Origin: an uncultured Acidobacteriota bacterium | GTDB taxonomy: Bacteria > Actinomycetota > Acidimicrobiia > Acidimicrobiales > SHLQ01 | Direction: 5' to 3' | Assembly (NCBI GenBank): GCA_963732655.1 | Contig: CAVTAI010000006.1 | Location: forward strand, 34,306-98,305 | Length of the DNA: 64,000 nt | Part shown: positions 9,518 to 18,616 of the stretch, piece after piece | Layout: each line of letters opens with the position of its first letter | Position numbering within the stretch: the first letter of the stretch is position 1 | Position numbers and translations under genes: made by a program | The notes under the pieces: model-generated | Told to the model about the DNA's origin: nothing | Database searches by the model: none | What the model saw: the letters and a program-made list of their open reading frames with translations, nothing else

Positions 9518-9968
9518 GCGTTTCTCGATCGGGGAGGTGGCGGAACGTACCGGGGTCGCCACCTCGGCCCTGCGGTTCTACGAGGACCAGGCGCTCATCA
9601 CCTCGGACCGCACCGCCTCCGGCCACCGCCGCTACCACGCCGACGTCCTCCGTCGCGTCAGCTTCATCCGGACCGCGCAGCGGGTGGGCCTGTCGCTCGC
9701 GCGAGATCAGCGACGCCCTGACCTCGCTGCCGGATGGCCGCACTCCGACCGCCGCGACTGGGCTCGGCTGGCCCGGGTGTGGCGACCGCGACTCGACGAG
9801 CAGCTCGCGCTGCTCACCCGCATGCGCGATCAGCTCGACGAGTGCATCGGCTGCGGTTGCTTGTCGTTGATGTCGTGCGGGCTCTGGAACCCCGACGATG
9901 CAGCGGCGACGCTCGGTGCCGGGCCCCGATATCTCCTGAGCGACGACCGCCCACCCGGCGTGGGTTGA
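9504..9968 (+). CDS. soxR: SoxR-type MerR family redox-sensing regulator (ORF intact, but about 19 codons are read out of the ancestral frame)
   Basis: HTH FSIGEVAERTGVATSALRFYE. C-terminal cluster motif CIGCGCLSLMSCGLWNPDD. The conserved segment EISDALTSLPDGRTPTAA is encoded in a different frame between about 9700 and 9757. Confidence 0.85.
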   Translation: MVEVKRFSIGEVAERTGVATSALRFYEDQALITSDRTASGHRRYHADVLRRVSFIRTAQRVGLSLARDQRRPDLAAGWPHSDRRDWARLARVWRPRLDEQLALLTRMRDQLDECIGCGCLSLMSCGLWNPDDAAATLGAGPRYLLSDDRPPGVG

Positions 9969-9969
9969 C

Positions 9970-11124
9970 TCAGCCTGGTGAGCCGTCGAGCAGGCGGTGC
10001 ACCCAGGTGTGCAGGTTCTGGTTGCCCATCTCGTTGCGGCCGAACCGGAACACGTCGCCGGCGTCGGCCAGCACCTGCATGCGCCGACCGATCCCCATCA
10101 CGGTGACGAAGTCCTCCTCGTACGTCACATCGGCATAACGCTGCCGCTTCGCCTCGGCCTCGGCCCGCGCCGAGTCGGTGGTCAGGGGCTCGCGAAAGTA
10201 CTGGTACTGGATGACAGAGCACTCCTCGACGGTCGGCCCCGGGAACAGCCGGCTGACCATCAAGCCGGTGTCGGCCTGGCCCGAGATCGAGATGTTGGGG
10301 AACACGTAGTGGACGAGGCTGAACGCCGCGTACATGTCCCACTCCTCTACCGGCAGGTGGCGCTGATCCAGGATCGGCTTGTTGGCGAAGCCGATCCGCA
10401 CGTGGGGGCCGTAGAGGTCGTAGGTGTTGCGGTTGGTGATGGACTTGGCGCCGATGGTGTTCCGGTGCAGGAAGCCAAGGTGGTAGCCATCGAGGTACCC
10501 ATCGGCGGTGGCCTTCCAGTTCCCACTCGGCAGCTTCGTCTCGACGTCGTGACGGTGGAGGTCGCCGAGCTTCAGCATCTCGAGGGCCGAGGCCATGTCG
10601 CCGAGCCACTCGTCGATGTCGAGCGGGGCGCCGACCGTCAGGACAGCGAACACGGCGCCCGATCGTTCAGCGGTGGGGAACTCGATCAGTCGGTCGACCT
10701 CGAGTCCCTCGAACGCCTCCCGGCCGGGCAGCCCGACCAGCTGCCCGGAAACGTCGTACACCCAGTTGTGGTAGGGGCACGTGAGGCGACGCGCGTGACC
10801 GAAACACTCGGCGGTGATCGCCGCTCCCCGATGGCGGCACACGTTCAGGAAGGTGCGGGCGACGCCATCGTCACCCCGCATCACCACGATCGGTCGTCCT
10901 GCGATGTCGATCGTCGTGAAGTCACCAGGGGCCGGGATGTCGCACGAGAGGGCCACCAGGAGGGGGTTCTGACGAAAGATCACGTCGACTTCGCGCTCGA
11001 AGCGGGCCGGGTCGCGGTACTGGGCGACCGGTACGCGCATCATGTCGGCGCCGTAGTCGCCCCGGTCCGCCTCGACGTTGGCGAGGACCCGCGTGCCGAG
11101 CTCGGTCAAAGGCGTTGCTGCCAC
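9970..11124 (-). CDS. Rieske aromatic-ring-hydroxylating oxygenase, alpha subunit (paralog 1)
   Basis: CRHRG ... CPYHNW Rieske motif. Mononuclear iron motif DGYHLGFLH. Confidence 0.9.
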   Translation of the reverse strand: MAATPLTELGTRVLANVEADRGDYGADMMRVPVAQYRDPARFEREVDVIFRQNPLLVALSCDIPAPGDFTTIDIAGRPIVVMRGDDGVARTFLNVCRHRGAAITAECFGHARRLTCPYHNWVYDVSGQLVGLPGREAFEGLEVDRLIEFPTAERSGAVFAVLTVGAPLDIDEWLGDMASALEMLKLGDLHRHDVETKLPSGNWKATADGYLDGYHLGFLHRNTIGAKSITNRNTYDLYGPHVRIGFANKPILDQRHLPVEEWDMYAAFSLVHYVFPNISISGQADTGLMVSRLFPGPTVEECSVIQYQYFREPLTTDSARAEAEAKRQRYADVTYEEDFVTVMGIGRRMQVLADAGDVFRFGRNEMGNQNLHTWVHRLLDGSPG

Positions 11125-11270
11125 GTTGGGCCTTTCGATTCGTCAGGCTCCTTGGCGGGCGACTGATCGTCGGTCGGTCCACGAGGATGCTCAGGGCTTT
11201 CTGGAGTGCAACACTAGTAACTTCACGTCGTGACGCCAGGGGGACCCGGCGCGAATCAGGGAGAACCACC

Positions 11271-12030
11271 ATGGACCTCGGGCTCACCGGGAAGAAAGCC
11301 CTCATCACCGGCTCCACGAAAGGCATCGGCCGAGCCATCGCCGAGGCCCTCCTCGATGAAGGGCGCGTCGGTCGCCATCTGCGCCCGTGACGCCGAGGGC
11401 GTCGCCCAGGCCGTCGAGGAGCTCTCGAGCCGGGGCACCGTGTGGGGGGCGGCCGTCGACGCCGGCGACGAGGCGTCGCTCCGCGGCTTCATCGCCGACG
11501 CCATCGAAGAGCTCGGCGGCCTCGACATCTACGTCCACAACACCAGCGGGAAGCCGGCCAAGTCGCTCGAGGCATGGGGGAACAACTTCACCATCGACCT
11601 GATGGCCCTCATCGTCGGAGCGGAAGCCAGCGCCGATGCGTTGGCGGCCGATGGCGGCGGCGCCCTGGTGAGCATCGGCACCTCGGCCGTCGGCGAGCAC
11701 TTCGCCAGTGGTTCGAACAGCTACACCGCTTTCAAGGCCGCGGTGACCAACTGGACGCTCGGCCAGGCCCAGGTCCTGGGCTCCCGCGGCGTGCGGTGCA
11801 ACGTCGTCTCGCCCGGTCCCATCTGGGTCGACGGCGGCGACTGGAACCGCATCAAGGATGGCCGCGCCGAGATGTTCGCGGCGACCGAGGCCGGCCACCC
11901 CATGGGCCACATCGGCGATGTCGGCGATGTCGCCCGGGCCGTGGCGTTCGTCGTCTCCCCGGCGGCCAAACACATCAACGGCGTGAACCTGACGGTCGAC
12001 GGCGGGTTCATGAAGCGCGTTGATTTCTGA
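11271..12030 (+). pseudogene. SDR family oxidoreductase, frameshifted near 11361-11364
   Basis: MDLGLTGKKALITGSTKGIGRAIAEALLDEG lies in the frame of ORF 11115..11390. ASVAICARD ... YTAFK ... PGPI continues in the frame of ORF 11230..12030. The switch is at a GGG run. GGGAGA precedes ATG 11271. Confidence 0.8.
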
Positions 12031-12107
12031 GCCGGCGGTGACTTCTGAGCCGGCGGAGCTGGCGGTGATTTCTGAGCCGGCGGAGCCGGCGGTGACTTCT
12101 GAGCCGG
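12022..12107. repeat. four copies of GAyTTCTGAGCCGG spaced 18, 27 and 27 bp apart
   Basis: Copy 1 contains the SDR stop (gat ttc TGA, 12028-12030). TCTGAGCCGG recurs at 12026, 12044, 12071 and 12098, always in the same frame. Confidence 0.85.
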
Positions 12108-12855
12108 GACGCCGCATCGATGTCGTCTTGGTGGCCGGTGGCCTCTACCACGACATCGACTTCGCCCGTTTCGAGCTCCTCAAGCTGCTCGCCGAACACG
12201 ACGAGTTCCGGGTGCGCGTCCAGGCTGATTACGAGGACCTGACCGGTTTCGAGGCGGCCGAGATCCTCGTCACCTACACGTGCGACGTGCGCCCGTCAGA
12301 CCGGGCCCAGCGCGCATCCGCGACTGGGTCGAGGCGGGCGGCCGCTGGGTCGCCCTGCACGGGACGAACTCGGCGCTCGACCCGAGTCCCGACGGCTGGG
12401 TCGCTCCCCGAACTCAGCCGGTCTGGACCGAGACCCTCGGCTCCCAGTTCGTGGCCCATCCCCCGATCGCTCCGTTCACCGTCGAGAACGCGGCACCCGA
12501 GCACTGGCTGGTGGCGGGCGTCGAGCCGTTCGCGGCCACCGATGAGCTCTACCTGATGACCTACCCGGACCGCAGGGCGCTCCTCCCCTTGCTCACGACC
12601 GAGTTCCAGGGCACGGCCCGCGGTTTCGCAGCCACCGACTGGACGACCTCGGATCCCACGCACCTGGTGATGTACCTGCGGCCGCTCGGATCGGGAGCCG
12701 TGCTCTACAACACCCTCGGGCACTGCCGCAGCCACTACGACATGGTGCCGATCCTCGACTACTACCCCAACGTCGACCGATGCGCCTGGGAGCTGCCAGT
12801 CTTCCATGAGCTCGTCCGCCGATCTCTCCGCTGGGCGCGCGGCGCCGACTCGTGA
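12092..12855 (+). pseudogene. ThuA domain protein, frameshifted near 12299-12313 (start uncertain: in-frame GTG at 12038, 12065 or 12092)
   Basis: RIDVVLVAGGLYHD ... ILVTYTCDVRPS lies in the frame of ORF 12020. IRDWVEAGGRWVALHGTN onwards lies in the frame of ORF 12280..12855. Confidence 0.75.
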
Positions 12856-12928
12856 CCGTCGCCTGCTCCGCCCCGCACGCCAGGCCCCAAGCCGCCTCCC
12901 GCCCCGGCCCGACCCCCGAGGACCACCA

Positions 12929-13894
12929 ATGGAACTGACCGCCGCCGCCCAGATCGCCATGCTGCGCAGCATGATCCGCATCCGGCTCTTCGAGGAGACC
13001 GCCGGAAAGCTCATGGAGCAGGGGAAGATGCCGGGCTTCCTCCACCTGTACGTCGGCCAGGAAGCGGTCGCCGTCGGGGTGTGCGAAGCCCTCCGCCCCG
13101 ACGACTTCATCTCCTCCACCCACCGCGGTCACGGCCACCTCGTGGCCAAGGGCGGCGATCTGGCCAAGATGATGGCCGAGCTCATGGGCAAGGCCGGCGG
13201 GTACTGCGGCGGCAAGGGCGGGTCGATGCACATCAACGACCTGTCGCTCGGCATGCTCGGAGCGAACGGCATCGTGGGCGCCGGCGTCCCGATCGCTGTC
13301 GGCGCCGGGTTCAGGAACAAGTACGTCGGGTCCGACCAGGTGTCGGTGGCCTTCTTCGGTGACGCCTCCACCAACATCGGCGCCTTCCACGAGGCCGCCA
13401 ACATGGCCTGCGCGCTCCGCCTCCCGGTGGTGTTCATCTGCGAGCACAACCAGTACGGCGAGTACACCCCGACGAGCAAGGTCATGGTCGTCGCCGACGT
13501 GGTCGACCGCGCCGCCGGCTACGGCATGCCGGGTGTGATCGTCGATGGCATGGATGTCCTCGCCGTGCACGAAGCGACGACCGAAGCCATCGCTCGGGCC
13601 CGCCGCGGCGACGGACCAGCGATGGTCGAAGCCAAGACGTACCGCTACTACAACCACCACGGCATCCAGAACCTCGGCCTCAAGTACCGCCCCGACGAGG
13701 AGGTCCTGGCCTGGAAGGCCCGAGATCCCATCCCGGCGTTCGAAGTCCATCTCGAGAAGTCGGGCACCGCGTCCCGGGCCGAGATCGACGCCGTGTGGGC
13801 CGACGTCCGGGCCGACATCGAACGAGCCATCGACTACGCCGAGACCAGCCCGTTCCCCGAGCCCGAAGCCCTGCTCGAAGGGGTGTACTCATGA
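12929..13894 (+). CDS. TPP-dependent 2-oxoacid (acetoin/pyruvate-type) dehydrogenase E1 alpha subunit
   Basis: HRGHGH, GGKGGSMH and GDASTNIGAFHEAANMA are typical E1 alpha motifs. Confidence 0.9.
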   Translation: MELTAAAQIAMLRSMIRIRLFEETAGKLMEQGKMPGFLHLYVGQEAVAVGVCEALRPDDFISSTHRGHGHLVAKGGDLAKMMAELMGKAGGYCGGKGGSMHINDLSLGMLGANGIVGAGVPIAVGAGFRNKYVGSDQVSVAFFGDASTNIGAFHEAANMACALRLPVVFICEHNQYGEYTPTSKVMVVADVVDRAAGYGMPGVIVDGMDVLAVHEATTEAIARARRGDGPAMVEAKTYRYYNHHGIQNLGLKYRPDEEVLAWKARDPIPAFEVHLEKSGTASRAEIDAVWADVRADIERAIDYAETSPFPEPEALLEGVYS

Positions 13895-14908
13895 GCACCA
13901 GCGACCCGACCGGTTCAGTGCGGACCATCAGCTACGTGGCCGCCTTCATCGAAGCCGTCAAGATCGAGATGGCCATGGACCCGGACGTGTTCATCGCCGG
14001 GGAGGACGTCGGCGCCCACGGCGGGGTGTTCCACACGTTCGACGGCATCCAGGCCGAGTTCGGGGAACGCCGAGCGGTCGACACCCCGATCAGCGAGCAG
14101 GCGATCATCGGCCTCGGCATCGGAGCCGCGCTCACCGGGCTCCGACCCATCGTCGACCTGATGTTCATGGACTTCACCCTCGTCGCCGCCGACCAGATCG
14201 CCAATCAAGCCGCCAAGCTGAAGTACATGTTCGGAGGCGGCGCGCCTGCCGCTCACCATCACCACATCGGCCGGCGCCGGGTTGTCGGCCGCGGCCCAGC
14301 ACAGCCAGACCCTCGAGGCGCTGTTCTGCCACATCCCGGGCATCAAGGTCGTCTACCCGTCGAACGCGTACGATGTGAAGGGGCTGATGGCGGCCACCGT
14401 GCGCGACGACAACCCGACCCTGTTCGTGCTGCACAAGCGGATGCTCGGGGTGAAGGGCGACGTGCCCGAGGGGCGCTACGAGATCCCGCTCGGCGTTGCC
14501 GCGGTCGCCCGCTCGGGCGACGACCTCACCTTGGTGTCATGGGGCAAGACGGTCAACGACTGCCTCGGCGCTGCCGATCTGCTGGCCGCCGAAGGCGTGA
14601 GCTGCGAGGTCATCGACCTACGGACCCTGTCCCCCCTCGACCTCGACACCGTCGCGGCGTCGGTCCGCAAGACCAACCGGGTGGTCGTCGCTCACGAGGC
14701 CGTTCGGTTCGGCGGTTTCGGCGCCGAAGTCGCGGCTCAGATCCAAGAGGCCGTGTTCGATCACCTCGACGCGCCCGTCGGCCGGGTGGCGGCTCCCTCG
14801 TCACCTATCCCGTTCACCCCGGCGTTGGAGAAGTTGTACGTGCCCGATGCCGCCCGCATCGCCGAAGGGGCCCGTGAGGCCCTCGCCCGACCGCTGCTGG
14901 GAGCCTGA
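13891..14908 (+). pseudogene. 2-oxoacid dehydrogenase E1 beta subunit, frameshifted near 14242-14247
   Basis: ATG 13891 overlaps the E1 alpha TGA. The N-terminus up to KLKYMFGGG lies in the frame of ORF 13795. RLPLTITTSAGAGLSAAAQHSQTLEALF onwards lies in the frame of ORF 14282..14908. The switch is in a gcgc dinucleotide run. Confidence 0.85.
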
Positions 14909-14913
14909 CCGGC

Positions 14914-15945
14914 GTGGGGTCGGTCGGGATCATCGTCAATCCATGGGCGGGCAAGGACGTCCGGCGTCTGCGCGCCGCGGTGGGACACACCTCCGACTCG
15001 GCGAAGATCGGCACCATCCGCCGAGTGGCCGTCGCCGCCCTCGAAGCCGGAGCCGAGCGGGTGTACGCCGCCCGCGACACCGGCCGCCTCGCCGAACGGG
15101 CGGTGGCTGAACTCGCGGGCACGGAGCTGATCGACGGCCCCGATACCGGATCGGCCCTCGACACCCGGCGGGCCGCCGGGCAGATGGCTGAGCTCGGAGC
15201 CTGCCCCGTGGTGATCCTCGGAGGCGACGGCACCTGCCGAGATGCCGCGCTCGGCTGGCCGGACATGCCCATGATCCCCATCTCCACCGGGACCAACAAC
15301 GTGTTCCCCACCATCGTCGATGGCTCGTCGGCCGGTACGGCCGCCGGACTCATCGCCCGCGGCGCCCTCACCCTCGCCGAGGTGAGCACGCCGGCCAAGA
15401 CCCTCACCGTCGAGGTGACCGCCGGTCACGGCACCAACAGCACCGCCGGTCACGGCACCCGTACCGATGTCGCCCTCGTCGACGTGGCGCTCATCGACAC
15501 TCCTCGTGTCGGTGCCCGCGCCGTGCTCGATGTCGGCCGGGTGCGCGCCGTCGTAGCGACGATCGCCTCCCCGACATCCACCGGCCTGTCGAGCATCGCC
15601 GGCCGAGTCCACCCTCTCGGGCGTGACGAACCGGGAGCCATCGCGGTCACCTGCCACCCGGCCCCAACGGCGCCGAGGCGGGTGCGAGCACCCATCGTGC
15701 CGGGCTCGTTCGACACCGTCGGCATATCGTCCGTCGAGGTCGTACCCGACCGAGCGTCGGTGACCCTCGCCGGCCCAGGGGTCCTCGCCTTCGACGGCGA
15801 ACGCGAACTGCCGGTCGCGGGCGATGAAACCGTCCGCGTGACCGTTCGCGCCGACGGCCCCCGCGTGGTCGACGTTCCCCGAGCGCTGCAGCTGGCTGCT
15901 GAGCGCCGCCTCTTCGATGTCTGGGAGACCGACGATGCCCGTTGA
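14914..15945 (+). CDS. ATP-NAD kinase-like protein (AcoX-like)
   Basis: GGDGT motif (VVILGGDGTCRD). Sits inside the E1/E2 cluster, as AcoX does in acetoin operons. Confidence 0.7.
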   Translation: MGSVGIIVNPWAGKDVRRLRAAVGHTSDSAKIGTIRRVAVAALEAGAERVYAARDTGRLAERAVAELAGTELIDGPDTGSALDTRRAAGQMAELGACPVVILGGDGTCRDAALGWPDMPMIPISTGTNNVFPTIVDGSSAGTAAGLIARGALTLAEVSTPAKTLTVEVTAGHGTNSTAGHGTRTDVALVDVALIDTPRVGARAVLDVGRVRAVVATIASPTSTGLSSIAGRVHPLGRDEPGAIAVTCHPAPTAPRRVRAPIVPGSFDTVGISSVEVVPDRASVTLAGPGVLAFDGERELPVAGDETVRVTVRADGPRVVDVPRALQLAAERRLFDVWETDDAR

Positions 15946-17380
15946 CGTGCTCATGCCCAAACTCGGGCTCACGATGCAGGAAGGCCGGATCATCGAGTGG
16001 CTCGTCCCGGACGGCGCACTCGTCACCGCCGACGACGAGATCCTGCTGATCGAGACCGACAAGACGGAGACGGCGGTGGGCTCCCCGGGCGCCGGTCGGC
16101 TCCATCAGATCGGCCAGCCCGGCCAGACGTTCGACTGTGGCCTGCTGATCGCCCTGCTCCTCGCCGAAGGGGAGGATACCCCTCCGGCGGCACCACTGAC
16201 CGCCGGCGCCCCTCCGGCGGCACCACTCGCCGCCGACGCCCCTCCGGCGGCACCACTCGCCGCCGACGCCCCTCCGGCGGCACCGGCGCAGGTCGGCGGG
16301 CGCCTGTTCGTGTCCCCCAACGCTCGCCGGGTCGCGGCCGTATACGGCCTTCCCCTCGCCACCGTCCGCGGCACCGGGCCCGGCGGTCGCATCGTGTCGG
16401 AGGACGTCGAGGCCGTTCTCGCCGCGCCGCGTCCCGCTCCACCGGTACCTTCTCCTGGCAGGCCGGGCGTCGGGTCGTTCGTGGTCGCGACCGCGGCGGC
16501 CCGCCAGCTCGCCGACCTGCTCGGCATCGACCTCTCGCTCGTGCCCGCCGATCCACTCGAGCGACGGGTCACGCGCGATGCCGTCGCCGTCTATGTCCGC
16601 GGCCTCCTTCACGCGCCCACGGAGCGGCCCGCCACCGCGCTCCCGTCCGCCGGTTCGGGCCGCCGGCCGGCCCCCATCGAGATTCCCTTGCTGCAGTCCC
16701 CTACCGAGGTCCGGCCGTTATCGGGCATGCGAGGCACCATCGCCCGGCGTATGCACGCCTCATTGTTGGACTCCGCCCAACTCACGCTGACGATGGACGC
16801 CGACCTCACCGCCGTGCTGGCCGACCGCGCCGAGCGGGGCCGCGGCGCCGAGTCGAATCCGGTTCCATCGATCACCGACTACGTGGTGGCCGCCACCGCC
16901 CGGGCCCTCCTCAGGCATCCGCTCATGAACGCTCAACTCACCGCCGACGGCATCGCCCTGCTCCCCGAAGTGCACGTCGGGCTGGCCGTGGCCCTCGACG
17001 GCGGCCTGATCGTTCCCGTGATCCGCGACGCCGCGGAGCGTTCGCTCGCAGAGCTGTCGGCCGAGGCCCGCCGCGTGGCCGGCGCAGCCCGTTCCAACTC
17101 CCTCGAGCTCGCCGACCTGGAGGGCGGGACGTTCGCCGTCAGTGCCCTCGGCACCCTCGGGGTCGACACCTTCACGCCGGTGATCAACCCCCCCAACGTC
17201 GGCATCTTGGGAATCGGCCGCCGGCGCGACGACGTGGCATTGGTCGACGGTGTCGTGGTCGCCGTGCCCCGACTCACCCTCAGCCTGACGTGGGACCACC
17301 GGGTCCTCGACGGCGTTCCCGCCGCCGAGTTCTGCCGCTCGATCGTGGCGCTGCTCGCCGAGCCCGAGCGGCTCGACTGA
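15935..17380 (+). CDS. dihydrolipoamide acyltransferase (E2) component
   Basis: Lipoyl-lysine context IETDKT, peripheral subunit-binding segment VSPNARRVAAVYGLPL, catalytic DHRVLDG. Confidence 0.9.
   Translation: MPVDVLMPKLGLTMQEGRIIEWLVPDGALVTADDEILLIETDKTETAVGSPGAGRLHQIGQPGQTFDCGLLIALLLAEGEDTPPAAPLTAGAPPAAPLAADAPPAAPLAADAPPAAPAQVGGRLFVSPNARRVAAVYGLPLATVRGTGPGGRIVSEDVEAVLAAPRPAPPVPSPGRPGVGSFVVATAAARQLADLLGIDLSLVPADPLERRVTRDAVAVYVRGLLHAPTERPATALPSAGSGRRPAPIEIPLLQSPTEVRPLSGMRGTIARRMHASLLDSAQLTLTMDADLTAVLADRAERGRGAESNPVPSITDYVVAATARALLRHPLMNAQLTADGIALLPEVHVGLAVALDGGLIVPVIRDAAERSLAELSAEARRVAGAARSNSLELADLEGGTFAVSALGTLGVDTFTPVINPPNVGILGIGRRRDDVALVDGVVVAVPRLTLSLTWDHRVLDGVPAAEFCRSIVALLAEPERLD
16181..16288 (+). 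repeat. 30-bp in-frame tandem repeat (about 3.6 copies) encoding the PPAAPL(T/A)A(G/D)A linker in E2
   Basis: cctccggcggcaccact(c/g)(g/a)ccgcc(g/g)(a/g)cgcc is repeated. Copies 2 and 3 are identical. Confidence 0.85.
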
Positions 17381-17448
17381 CCGCATCACACCGCGACGGA
17401 CCCGTCGGCACCATTGAAATCTCGGCGGTCACCACCGGATTTTCAAGT

Positions 17449-18612
17449 ATGGTGGCGGGCATGTTTACCCGGCTTCGGCACCTACGAGCCTGCGAATCGT
17501 TGCTGGCCAACGTCCCGTGCGTCGCCATCATCGGTGCGCGTCAGGTGGGCAAGACCACGCTGGCCGGCCAGATCGCCGACCGCTGGGCCGGCCCAGTCCA
17601 TCACTTCGACCTCGAGCGTCCGAGCGACCTCGCTCGCTTGTCGGAGCCCGAGCTCGCTCTCGAGACCCTCGACGGCCTCGTCGTGCTGGACGAGATCCAG
17701 CGTCGGCCCAATCTCTTTCCGGTCCTGCGCGGACTCATCGATCGACACCCGTCGCGGCGATATCTGGTCCTCGGTAGCGCCGCGCCCGACCTGTTGCATC
17801 AGTCGTCTGAGAGCCTCGCCGGTCGCGTCTCGTACCACGACCTCTCGCCGCTCGCTCTCGACGAGGTCGGCGGCGACCTGCTCGACGAGCTCTGGATCCG
17901 AGGAGGATTTCCCCGCTCGTTCACGGCCTCCTCGCCATCGGCCAGCTTCCAGTGGCGGCTCGACTTCGTACGCACGTTCGTGGAACGGGATCTCCCCTCG
18001 CTCGGTAGCGGTGTTCCGGCATCGACGACCGAGCGGTTCTGGCGCATGTTGGCGCACGTCCACGGACAGATCTGGAGCGGCGCTCGGTTCGCCTCCTCGT
18101 TCGGGGTGGCCGACACGACGGTTCGGCGTTACCTCGACCTGCTGACGTCAGCGCTCGTCGTCGCGCAGCTTCGTCCATGGCACGAGAACGTCGCCAAACG
18201 TCAGGTGCGTTCCCCCAAGGTGTTCCTGGCCGACAGCGGGCTGCTCCACGCGCTGCTCGACCTGACCGACCGGCCGTCGATCGAACGTCACCCCATACTC
18301 GGCGCCTCGTGGGAGGGATTCATCCTGGCGCAACTGGCGCCGCTCACCGACAGCCGCCCCGACCAACGGTACTTCTGGGCCGCCCACAGCGGGGCCGAGC
18401 TCGACCTCTTGATCGTTCGAGGCGACGAACGAATCGGCATCGAGATCAAACGAACAACGGCGCCGACGATCACCCGCTCGTTGCACTCGGCGATCACCAC
18501 CTTGCACCTCGATCGCGCCTACGTCGTACACGCGGGTTCGCACACCTTCCCACTGGGCTCCAGGGTGACGGCGGTGGCCGCTTCCGACCTGCTCACGCGC
18601 GCCGAATGGTGA
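17449..18612 (+). CDS. AAA-type ATP-binding protein with a DUF4143-like C-terminus
   Basis: Walker A GARQVGKTT, Walker B VVLDEIQ. ORF 15997..18612 upstream of 17449 is alternate-frame read-through of the E2 gene. Confidence 0.8.
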   Translation: MVAGMFTRLRHLRACESLLANVPCVAIIGARQVGKTTLAGQIADRWAGPVHHFDLERPSDLARLSEPELALETLDGLVVLDEIQRRPNLFPVLRGLIDRHPSRRYLVLGSAAPDLLHQSSESLAGRVSYHDLSPLALDEVGGDLLDELWIRGGFPRSFTASSPSASFQWRLDFVRTFVERDLPSLGSGVPASTTERFWRMLAHVHGQIWSGARFASSFGVADTTVRRYLDLLTSALVVAQLRPWHENVAKRQVRSPKVFLADSGLLHALLDLTDRPSIERHPILGASWEGFILAQLAPLTDSRPDQRYFWAAHSGAELDLLIVRGDERIGIEIKRTTAPTITRSLHSAITTLHLDRAYVVHAGSHTFPLGSRVTAVAASDLLTRAEW

Positions 18613-18616
18613 TCAT

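Noticed and set aside
15997-18612. An 871-aa ORF that looks like one giant protein.
   Set aside because: Only the part from ATG 17449 onwards (Walker A GARQVGKTT) is protein-like. The upstream 484 codons are an Arg/Pro-rich alternate-frame reading of the E2 gene.
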